Assembly (NCBI GenBank): GCA_040765985.1
Contig: JAXGRK010000002.1
Location: 9,940-73,939, forward strand
From: Candidatus Dojkabacteria bacterium
Lineage (GTDB): Bacteria; Patescibacteriota; Dojkabacteria; SC72
Direction of reading: 5' to 3'
DNA: 64,000 bases
Both the position numbers and the translations under genes were made by a program. This document shows, piece by piece, positions 52,621 through 63,500 of this stretch. The notes under the pieces were generated by a model. It did not search any database, was not told the origin of the DNA, and saw only the letters and a program-made list of their open reading frames with translations. Positions within the stretch are counted from its first letter, which is position 1, and each line of letters opens with the position of its first letter.

Positions 52621-53181
52621 TTAAAAATTCTTCCACATTCTACTACCCTGTACAGTCATATCCCCCTTATACTTACTATTCAAACCTGGGCTACCGTATG
52701 GTCTTTGACAGCTTCTATCTAACTCTTCAAACGCTAACTGCGCTATCTTCATACCTGCATATATCCTAATTGGTAATGGAGAAAGATTAGCAATCTCTAA
52801 TGTTAATCTCAACTTATTACCTGGATCTAAAAATCCTGCAGTAGCATGAATGATAAGGCCCATTCTAGCAAGAGAACTTTTACCCTCTAATCTTCCTACG
52901 TGTTTATCATCTACACCTGTAATTTCTGTTACATTAGCAAGTACAAACTGTCCTGGTTTTAATACATACCCCTCTTTGTCATCTATTTCAATCTTAAGCA
53001 TTAAATCATCAACAGGTTTTTTAACATCTATGATGTCATGTTTCTCTGTATTAAATATCAGTACCGTTTTATCTAAATGTAAATCATATGAAGCAGGTTG
53101 TACAAACTCATCGGAGAATGGCTCTATACTAATCTCTCCATTAGAAAGTTTCTCTTTAATACTTCTATCTGAAAGAATCAT
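52621..53181 (-). CDS. dcd: dCTP deaminase
   Basis: 186 aa. Dcd-like throughout. Confidence 0.85.
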   Translation of the reverse strand: MILSDRSIKEKLSNGEISIEPFSDEFVQPASYDLHLDKTVLIFNTEKHDIIDVKKPVDDLMLKIEIDDKEGYVLKPGQFVLANVTEITGVDDKHVGRLEGKSSLARMGLIIHATAGFLDPGNKLRLTLEIANLSPLPIRIYAGMKIAQLAFEELDRSCQRPYGSPGLNSKYKGDMTVQGSRMWKNF

Positions 53182-53199
53182 ATTAAAAATATATTTAAA

Positions 53200-54795
53200 T
53201 TAACTTCTATCTATAAACTGATCTCTAGATGTAGGATCTGGTTTCTCAGTATTAATCAATAAAGGATACCATATACCATCTAAGGAATTTAATAGCTCTA
53301 ACCATTTATACACTAAACTACGATATGAAATATGTCCTCCCCTTCTAACCCTCAAATTAATTGTATATTGCAAATCATCAAAAGAGCCATAGAAAGAGTA
53401 CCTTGTACTATGTGCATGAGGTAGTAAGTACCTAGTATACTCTTTAGACATCTCATCTGACATAAATTGGGTAGATACAACTCTCCACTTTTTAATCATC
53501 TCATATGTTTCGGTTAAACACTTTTCATACTCATCTCTTAAATCCTGTAATTTAGGTATTTCAAGATAGTTGCATAGGAAGAAACAATCTCTACTCTCTC
53601 TATTCAATTCATTATCAATATCTATTTCATCATGGAATAGTGGAATGAACCTCTCTAAACTCCTATGCCTATTTAAATCTTTAAGAGTACCCAGTGTAGC
53701 CATACCCTCTATCTTAATTGCTCCTGATTGACCTAAGTTACCCAATAGGTTGTGATGGTTATGATTTTCAAAAAGTATCTCGCCTAATCTCTGCTCATCC
53801 TCTTGGTCAAACTCCAATTCATATTCACTACCCAAGGGATTAACTAGCAGTTCGTAATGAGTAATTAAATCTTCTACCGCATTAGTATTGTAATCTACAG
53901 TACATGAATCACATTCACATCCCATATTTTCATACTCTCTTTGGTTAGATACCATATTACTTACTTCCTCTAATATCCCTTTAGTTGAATTTTTTCTACA
54001 ACAGTTTGCATCTGTATGTCTAATTAATCCATCTGCTTCTTTAATATACTCTGCCATCTTAATATCTGACTCTCCTAAAAGATTGTAAAGAAGTTTACCC
54101 ACCTCTTTTTCTACTACACTACTACTTGCATTAAAGTATGATATTAACTCAGACCAGTTTCTAGCAGACATTACTGCTGCCATACTGGTTTGTAATCCGT
54201 AAGGAAGTAGATATCTAGCTGTATCAAAGCTTCTAGCTTGTAAAACAGATTTCTCTTCTTTAATATCTTCATTAATATCAAAATACTCTTTTAATACCTC
54301 CTTTGTTTCTTTAAGTAATCTCCTGTAATCTCCCATCTGTTTTAATACAATACTGTCATACTCTTTTCTAATTCCTTCATCCAAACATATCTCTTTTGAT
54401 ATTTTTATGTACTGAGGATTCTCAAAATTCTGATATCTAGTAGATCTCTCTTGACCAGATATTACAGAGTTTGTATAAAAGATCTTCATAGCAGTAAACA
54501 TGGGTATATTCTCAATACAAACAAAAAGGTCTGCCATATCACCTACAGATTTATGACCGTATCCATGAAATATTGATTCTAATCTTTGTGCAGCATCAGT
54601 ATTGTTATCTATAATTTCCTTTGCAATATCAGTAATTGAATCTGCAGACCTACTATACCTAGCACCTAAGTATGCATTAATTGAGGGTTGTTTCTGTTTA
54701 GGGTTTTGTAAAAGAGTATGTGCTTTAAAACTATTCCATTCTGATTCAGATATTAAACTAGCTATCTGTAAATCCTTTCTAAAGGTTCCTTTCAT
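53200..54795 (-). CDS. thyX: FAD-dependent thymidylate synthase ThyX, long form with two ThyX-like halves
   Basis: 531 aa. First half GHKSVGDMADLFVCIENIP...ISGQERSTRY matches the ThyX HxS...RHR..S....S.RY signature. Second half has NRHRSLERFIPL and HAHSTRYSFYGS. About twice the usual ThyX length. Confidence 0.65.
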   Translation of the reverse strand: MKGTFRKDLQIASLISESEWNSFKAHTLLQNPKQKQPSINAYLGARYSRSADSITDIAKEIIDNNTDAAQRLESIFHGYGHKSVGDMADLFVCIENIPMFTAMKIFYTNSVISGQERSTRYQNFENPQYIKISKEICLDEGIRKEYDSIVLKQMGDYRRLLKETKEVLKEYFDINEDIKEEKSVLQARSFDTARYLLPYGLQTSMAAVMSARNWSELISYFNASSSVVEKEVGKLLYNLLGESDIKMAEYIKEADGLIRHTDANCCRKNSTKGILEEVSNMVSNQREYENMGCECDSCTVDYNTNAVEDLITHYELLVNPLGSEYELEFDQEDEQRLGEILFENHNHHNLLGNLGQSGAIKIEGMATLGTLKDLNRHRSLERFIPLFHDEIDIDNELNRESRDCFFLCNYLEIPKLQDLRDEYEKCLTETYEMIKKWRVVSTQFMSDEMSKEYTRYLLPHAHSTRYSFYGSFDDLQYTINLRVRRGGHISYRSLVYKWLELLNSLDGIWYPLLINTEKPDPTSRDQFIDRS

Positions 54796-54805
54796 TAAGT
54801 ATTGA

Positions 54806-56027
54806 TTACAATTTATCTATTCCTGGTATAGGGAAATCTTTAGTAAACTCTTTTACTTCCTCTTTAATTAATTTAATATCTTTTTCTGATTTACTCTTTA
54901 ATGCTCTATCTATATACTCAGCTACTCTTTCCATATCACTCTCTTTCATACCTCTTGTTGTAATAGCGGGTGTACCAATTCTAACTCCCGATGGGTCCCA
55001 AGGTTTTCTTTCATCAAAGGGTATACTGTTTTTGTTCAAAGTAATATTAACACTCTCTAAAATATCAGATACCTCCTTACCACTCATATTTATACTTTTA
55101 ACAGTATCTACTAAAAATAGATGGTTATCTGTACCCCAGATACAATGGTATATCCTTTTTGAATTAAAGAATTAGCCAACGCCTTCGCATTTAATATAAT
55201 CTGTTTAATATCTTTAAACTCATTACTCTTTGCTTCCGTAGCGCAACCGCTATACCAGCAGTTGTATGGTTATGTGGACCCCCTTGACCAGAGAAATACC
55301 GCTTTATCTATTACTTCACCATACTCTCTTACAAAGAATCATTGCCCCTCTTGGCCCTCTTAAGGTTTTGTGTGTAGTAGTAGTCACTACATCTGCAATA
55401 CCCACAGGAAGAGATACTGATCTGCTACAATTAACCCTGCTACATGTGCAATGTCTGCAACAAATATAGCTGCAACTTCATCAGCTATCTTTCTGAACTC
55501 TTTCAATCAATTATTCTTGAATAGGCACTAAATCCACTCCATATTAATTTAGGTCTGTGTTTCTGATCTTTCGCACTTCATCATAATCAATATATCATCT
55601 TTATTTACCCGTAACTTACTGAGTTAAAATATTTACCACTAATTGATACTTAAAACCATGAGTAAGATGGCCACCAGCTGATAGACCCATACCCATTGTT
55701 CTGTCACTGATTTAAAAATGCTAAATGTACTGCTAAGTTAGCAGGCGAACCAGAATATGGTTGTACATTTACATGCTCTGCTTTAAATACCTCTTTAGCC
55801 CTAGATATACACTCCTTTTCAATCTCATCAATATATTCATTACCACCATAGTATCTTTTATCTGGATATCCCTCAGAGTATTTATTTGTAAGAATACTTC
55901 CCATTGCTCTAAGGACATTTTCACTTACATAGTTTTCAGAGGCAATTAACTCTATACCCTCTTTTTGTCTTTTAGCTTCATCCTTTATATATTTAAAAAC
56001 AATATCCTCTTTATACATTCTTTTTGT
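54806..56027 (-). CDS. glyA: Serine hydroxymethyltransferase, central third broken by at least 4-6 frame changes
   Basis: The N-terminal ORF ([37 protein letters not shown]...) and C-terminal ORF ([29 protein letters not shown]) are intact. Between them [94 protein letters not shown] and [10 protein letters not shown] are all present but distributed over three frames. Probable ATG at 56027, overlapping the folD stop. Confidence 0.85.
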
Positions 56028-56855
56028 AAGCATCAATTAAATTACTAAGTAAACATACAATTGTCATTGGTCCAACACCACCTGGAACAGGAGTAATGTA
56101 TGAAACAGTATCTTTAACACTTTCAAAATTAACATCTCCTACCAATTTCCCTTCCTCATTTTTATTCGTCCCTACATCTATTACAACAGCACCCTCTTTT
56201 ATATATTCCCTATCTATATATTCTGGTTTCCTATACCTACAATTAATATATCAGCCATATTACAACTGCTTTAAGATTTGGGGTATGAGAGTGACATACT
56301 GTTACTGTAGCATTTTCATTTTGTAGTAGTGCTGCTACTGGTAATCCAACAATATCCTTTCCAATTACAACTGCTCTTTTCCCATCTATTTCTATTCTGT
56401 ACTCTTCTTAGTAACTCTAATATTCCTTTTGCTGTGGCTGGAGCTATAGCTGATGGATCATTTTTAAAAAGTTTACCTAAATTAACAGATGTTAAACCAT
56501 CTACATCTTTTAATGGAGATATTTTTTCTAAAATATTACTCTCGTTAATTTGCTTTGGTAGTGGTAATTGAACCATTACTCCATCTACATTAGTATCTTT
56601 ATTTAAATCTTCTACCAACTGTATTAACTCACTTTCTTGTACACTTTCTTCAAAGGTATGTACATTACACTGTATTCCTAACTCTTGTGCTTTTTTAGAT
56701 TTCATTTGTACATATTTTTGACTACCGAAATCATTACCTACAAGCAATATATCTAGTTGAGGAACTCTTTTATCTAAATTAAGATACTCCTGTATATCCT
56801 TTTGTATCTTTTCAGATATTTTTAATGCTGTTTGTTTACCATCTAATATTGTCAT
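56020..56855 (-). CDS. folD: Bifunctional methylenetetrahydrofolate dehydrogenase/cyclohydrolase, frame broken at least 3 times
   Basis: The track ORF 56316..56855 is the N-terminal half up to ...[10 protein letters not shown]. Downstream, [64 protein letters not shown] and [53 protein letters not shown]... lie in successive frames. Confidence 0.85.
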
Positions 56856-56911
56856 ATCTTTTAATATGTAAAAATATATTTATGTATTTTACAGGATATT
56901 TGAATATTTTT

Positions 56912-57569
56912 TTACTCTGTATCCCTAATTGCTACTACAACAGTTCTTTTAATATTTGCACCAGCAGGCCAACATGTCATTAAGGTAAGAGTGTCTTGGT
57001 CTAGATATTCACCTAAATACTGTATATCTTTTGGGTCTACAATCTTAACTTCTAGTACTTTGTAAGTATATATATCTCCTTGGTAGCTTACATATAATCA
57101 TCTTTTTCTAATTCATTTAGTAGTAGAAGTATACATTGTACTTCCTTCTTTCATAGAAGTTTACAGCAGAGTGTGCAAACAGAAATACATTTCCTTCTTC
57201 ATTTGGTAGTGCACTTCCTTTAGCGTGTGCTACACCGTATATTAGTGCTGTGCTATACCTTTCCTCATTGTATGGATCTACATTTTTTAATACTTTGGCA
57301 TTAGCTTGTATTTTAGGTATGTAGAGTCCAAAATCACTGTTTACAAACACTATCTCTGTATCTTTTTCAATCTCAGTAGTAATCTCTTCACCTTTAGGGG
57401 TTACTTCTACTTTAATTTCTTCTACTGGTTTAGGAGAGAATTTGTAATCAAAGTATGACCATATTAATGGTTGATATGTAAAAAAAAGAATAACTAATCC
57501 TACAAGAAGTAGTAGGATACCCAGATATTTTGAGTATCCTACTTTTGATTTACTTTTTTCTTCTGACAT
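56912..57569 (-). CDS. Sortase (transpeptidase), frame broken twice near 57060-57116
   Basis: The track ORF 57117..57584 has an N-terminal TM, beta strands and the catalytic His region GVAHAKGSALPNEEGNVFLFAHS. After two frame changes the sequence continues ...LNELEKDDY / LYVSYQGDIYTYKVLEVKIVDPKDIQYLGEYLDQDTLTLMTCWPAGANIKRTVVVAIRDTE*, with the TLxTC catalytic Cys and the conserved Arg. The start is probably the second Met (57569). Confidence 0.8.
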
Positions 57570-60500
57570 ATGAGTATCCTGCACTTCCTAATACTACCAC
57601 TGCTGCTGCAATTATTACATACTTATATTTATTCCAGAAAGTTTCGTCTGTATCATCTTCTTCTCCATCTTTATCCTCTCCATTCTCTTCATCTTCATCT
57701 CCTTTTACCTCTCCGTTGTCTTCTTCCTCTTGGTCAGGATTCTCTTCACCTTCCTCGCCCGCAGTAGTCTCCTCTCCTGCTACCTCTCCTGTTTCTCCAT
57801 TAACAGTAACTGTTGTTGCAGTTGTTCCTTGTATTACTGTTACAATATTATCTGTAACAAAGCTAGAGAAGTTTCCTAAATCATCTAATGCTCTAATTGC
57901 ATAGTAGTACTCTTTAGTACAGTCTAATGGGTCATCATCTGCATATGTTACAGCTGTGTTTGGCCCAACTGTTAATGTATCAATTAATGTAGAAGCGTTA
58001 GCTGTAAATGGTTGTGTGCTTGATCTAAATATTTCTACTTTAGATGTTCTACCATCATTTGCTGTTTTAAATGAAAGTGTATATTTACATGTACCTTCTG
58101 TTTTTGCATAGTTTATTACTGGTAGTGGTTTCTCAAGTACGACCTCCACTGAAACAGTACTAGATATGTTTTCATCACCACCAGCCTTTGCTTTTACATA
58201 GAAATCATAGGTACCACTTGTAGTAACTAATGCTGGGGTAACTTCACAGTTACCACTGTTAGTAGCATATGTACCAAAGAGAATACCGTCTTTATAACAC
58301 TCTACTGTTACTGTTCTATTTTGTAAATCCAATGCTACAAATCCTATCTTGAAAGTATTCTTATTAGTAGGAGTTACTGGTTGCTCAATTCTTACATCAA
58401 TATCTGCTACCGATGCATATGTAGGTAGGGGTTTTAGTATAAAGAACATACTAAATAGGACTACTCCTGCAATAAATAGGTTTTTAATTCTTTTCTTTGG
58501 ATTAAATACTAATAGAATGAATCCTAATATCATCGATATTAATGCTCCTAATGTTATATATGTATCTGCACCTGTTCTAGGTAGAGTAATCGCTGCACCT
58601 AACACTTCTCCTTCTTCTATTTCAGGATCGTTCTCTACTTTAACTTGAGTACCTACGAAGTATTTACCCACAATACCATCGTTTATCTCAAAGCCCGAAC
58701 CTTCAGATATCGCAAGTAGGTTTGATCCCATTATTCCTATTCCTTTTGCATAGGCAAGGTCAGGATATTTACCTGCATCAACAAGATCTGTTACCAAAGC
58801 TTTATACGTTATTGTAACTATTTCACCCACAAGTATCTTTCCTAATTCCCACTTTCCAGGTGAGGAATACTTCACTGCAGAGATATCTAAAATTCCTCTT
58901 ACATTTGATATTGCTCTAAATGTACCTGATTGGGGTATGAAGCCTTCAGGAGGGAGATCTATGAGGATTACATTGTTTACTGAACTCTTTTCTGCTCTAA
59001 CTTTTATTGTATATGTTACTGTATCACCAATTGCTAGAGTATTTGGCCAACTATCATTTGTTTTACTTATATACAATTCTGATTTTTGAACATTACCTAT
59101 GTAACAGGACCTATTATCTCCAGAAGAAACTTCTAAGTTATATGCATTATTATTGTAAATACCATTTTCTAAAATAGGTGATGATATTGCTCTATCAACT
59201 TCAGCTCCATTAGAACAGTATATGTCGGTAACACCCATAACTGGACATCCTGGCCTATTATCCCAATTCATATCGATACTCCCTCTCGAGTTAAATAAGT
59301 TACAGTCACTAAACTCTGGACATGTTTTCTGTTCTCCAAATGATACTAGATTACTATACCCATTAACTTCACATGCCCATTGAGCACATGTTTGAGCATC
59401 ACCACAACCATTCCATCCAGAACAAGCACCATGATGCCCATATGCTTCTCTAGGAGAGGTTATCAAGACTCCTTCTCTGTCATCCTCACAATATATTCCA
59501 GTTTGATCCCAACCATCTTTCATACTCTCACTTAGAACATATGAATCAGGAAGTAAACTGAACTTCGTACTTCCGTCAATATCTGTAATCTGACTATATC
59601 CCTCTTCTTCAATCTTGGATATATTTATTTCCCAATCGGATAGGAAAGATTCTCCTTCATCAAGTACACCATTAGCATTTAGGTCATTAAACTTGTAAAC
59701 AGTAATACTACCTTTTTGAAGATTTCCAAACTTGTATGTTGGTCCCTCAACTGCATTTACTTGGTCAAGAAAACCTTTAGGATTTTCATCTGGCAAAGTT
59801 ATAGTATGACAATTATTTCCCTCATTTATAGGGTATGTCTGAACCCAACCATCTTGTAATTCCTCACAAACGGTATATTCACCAAGTTTTAAATCTTCAA
59901 ACCAATACCATCCTAGATGATCTTCATTGTCAGTTAACATATATCTCTCACCTTCATCAAATTGACTATTTTCATTTTCATCAATGAATATCTTCCAATT
60001 ACCCAACAAAGGTTCTAATTCACACTGTTCCATTGCTCTGTTTTGAGCTAAAGATCGGACATCATCATACATTTCTTCTCCTATACAGTTTCTCTCTCCA
60101 TCTCCATTTATATCGCTCCATTTATACCCATGTATATCTCCTGTAGATTGAGTGTTAAATGCAACACAGTAATATGTTTGACCATATTCTGGTCTATTTA
60201 ACCATTCCCAGTTGTCATAGTTTGCAACATCTTTGTCACAGTAAAATTCTGCAGAGAAATCATCTGAGTTATTATTGTTGTTATATGTAAATGGTATGTA
60301 GTTTTCTTGGAGTACTTCTCTTAATTCAATTCTACTTCCCTTAAGATTATTAATCTTAGCTATTGCTATTCCTTCTTCACCAACTGCACTAAATGTATTC
60401 CAATCCTCACCTCCATATCCTATATATTCATCACCGGGGTTTCCTGCTCCTTGATATCCCCATTCAAATTCCCAGGTTGGTTCTAACCTACAGTGTCCTT

Positions 60501-63500
60501 CACTTTCATCAACCCAGTTCTGTGCTGTATTAGATGTAATCTTAGCTGGTCCTTTTCTTCCCCAATTTGGTAAGTAAGACTCATTATCACAAACTACTTT
60601 CATTGCCTCTATCGTTACAGGCTGGTTCACTCTATTTTTAATAGTGAAATTCTCTTCCATCTCATCTACTACAACAGGAGTTCCTTTACCACTAATATCA
60701 ATCCATCCTTCCTTTAGATATTCATCTAATATGTACTCTCCATATGGGATAGCTTCTAGAGTAGTACATCCATTCCTTTCAGTAGAACCTTTTGCCCATT
60801 CATTAACTTTGTAAACTTCAAATCTAAAATCTTTGTTTACATTATCAGCATAGTAGTCATCATATATTGAGACATTAATAGGACCGCCTAAATGGTCATA
60901 TACATATGTATATTCGTGTGAGCTATTGTATGCTCCCCAGTTAACAGAAGAACCATTTATCAAAGCCATTAAACCTTTACTTGGTAAATCTAATCCACTT
61001 ACCCAACCACCAGTTCCGTATGGAATACCTATTGGCCTAAAGGAGTATCCCGCATCTGCAATCATTTGAGAATTTCCATATCTATATGTACCACTTACTT
61101 TGATTAAGTATGTACCTGCTGGTAAATTAGAACTGTTTGATCCACTGTTATTACTTACATTTAGAGCTGTTGGGCCATCTACTTTGTCAGATGCTAATAC
61201 CATATCCCAACCAGAAAGGGATTTATTGTTATGGTTCTTTTTACATATCTTTACATCTGAGCCTTGGTAGTTTCCAAACTGTACTCCTACTTTGTCCTCT
61301 GAGGCTCCTAATACTACTGTATGACAGAAGGAATTATCTTGTGGATTTTGTACTCCTGAATATGGTTCTGTTTGATACCAACCCTCTTGAGGTTGTTCAC
61401 ATACATAGTATGTACCAGGTAAGAGATTTTCAAATCTGTATTGACCTTTTTCTACATTACCAACATCAGTAGTATCATCTCCTGTTTTCATTGTACCTAA
61501 TACATCCCATTCTTGATTGTAGAGATTGATTGTCCAGTTATCTAATTTATTCTTATTAATTTTTTCCTCCTTATCAAAATTTCCATTAATATTTACATCG
61601 TAATATTTTCTACCCTGTATAGAGCTGTATGGATATTGATTAACTACTAGAAGAGTTCTATCAGCTCTTGATGTAGTTAAAAGGATATCTCCATCTCCTA
61701 TTGTATTTCTCTGTCCATCGTTTGAAGGGTCTTCATCAAAGAGTTGTCCAGAGTAATCAATAGCTTGGTTTAAATTAAGATTTGAATCATTATACCTTGG
61801 AATATTCCATGGACTTGAATATGTTTCTTGACTGTAATAGAAGTGCCCTATTGGTAAATCAGAATATGTTTTACAGTAAAGATCGTTACCTTCACTTGAA
61901 GAATATACATCTGTATTTAAGTCTAAAGGTGTACTATAACTTGTTTCTGGAAGTACTCCTACTGGAGCACCTTGAGAGGTTGTAACATCTAACCCTTTTA
62001 CAGAGAATTCATAGCCTGGTAGTTCAGAACCGTCCGTTATCTTTCCATCAGGTGTAAGAGCTACTTTACATACTCTAATTGATCCAGCCTTGACTTTGAC
62101 AGTTTCAGTATCTGTATTGTTTTCAATATCTCTATCTCCACCTAAATACCATTCATCGTAGTTCCAAGATTCACCCTCTATATCATATACCTCTGCGATA
62201 TTAGTAACTTCAGATCCACCTGATTCTGTTACTTTGTAATCACATGTAAATTTCCATGTTTCATTTGAATCTATTTTACCATCCATATTTATATCCCCTG
62301 AGTCATATTCAACTGGAGTACATAGGTCATCTTTAACCATAGGTGTTACATTTGCAGGTCCCCCATTTTTAACTTCATATTCGTAAGTTATTGTCTCTCC
62401 TTTATATGCTACACTAGGTGCTATCTTATCTATAGCTAAATCAAATGTTATTACATTTATTTGAGACCAATCTGGATATCTTTGTCCCGTTGTATAATCA
62501 ATACATTCATACCCTTGAATATATCCCTCAGGTAAATCTTTCTCACAGAATTTATAACTTCCCTCACTTAACCATAGGTTAATTGGTAAGGATTCTGTAA
62601 TTGTTTCTGTTCCGAGAACCTCATCTCCTTTTTTAATATCTACTGTAAACTCAGTCTCAGGATCAGAGTAATCAATTTTATCTCCATCCCAGTATAGTAA
62701 TACATCCTTTCTTAATGTAAATGGATATAGGGTAAACTCATCACTATCTGTTGTTTCTTCATCATAGAAAGAACCTGTTGCAGCAGCTTCGTTTGTGAAA
62801 GAATCTGGGAATGTCCATAATATGTTTGTAGTACATTGATATTTCCATTCTTCTCCATTTTCCAAAATATTATCTCCATCATCACCAGATTGGTAAACTA
62901 CAGGATTGCACTTGTCATCAACTACAGAGATATTTGATAATGGGACATTACCTTTGTTTGTAACTTCATATTCATATGTTATATTTTCTCCATTTATTGC
63001 ATAATCAGGACCACTCTTTTCTACTTCTATTTCAGGATTAGCTTCTACATTCCAAGCTACACAGTAATATGTTTCTCCATTTTCTATTCCATCTATTCTA
63101 TCTAAATTATCGTAATTTAATACATCAGTATGACAGTATATTTCAGCTGTTACATTATTACTGTTATTTCCGCCCTCTATATTGTAAGTAAATGGAATGT
63201 AATCAGAATTCCATACTTCTCTCATCCATATAGAATTAAATCCTTCAATATCTTTATTTGCTATTTCTATTGTAGCTAAACCGTTAGTATCAGTAGCTCC
63301 AAATGTATGCCATCTAGTATCTGTTGTCTCTCCTGTGTTATCTCCTGGATTCATACTAGAAGGGCCTTCATTTCCCCATTGGAAAGAGTGCCCTTGCTTA
63401 AAGCTACAACTTGAATGATTCTTAACCCAATTTAGTGCAGTATTCTCATCTATGTTGTCACCTCCATTACCCCAATTAGGTAATTCTAATTCATTAGTAC

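Noticed and set aside
2318-57584. Programmed ribosomal frameshifting or transcriptional slippage rescuing the many frameshifted genes, as in AT-rich endosymbionts.
   Set aside because: The A-runs are short (4-8 nt, mostly 4-5). The breaks hit dozens of unrelated genes including several per gene. Their density is regional. A technical homopolymer error is far more parsimonious, though it cannot be excluded without reads.
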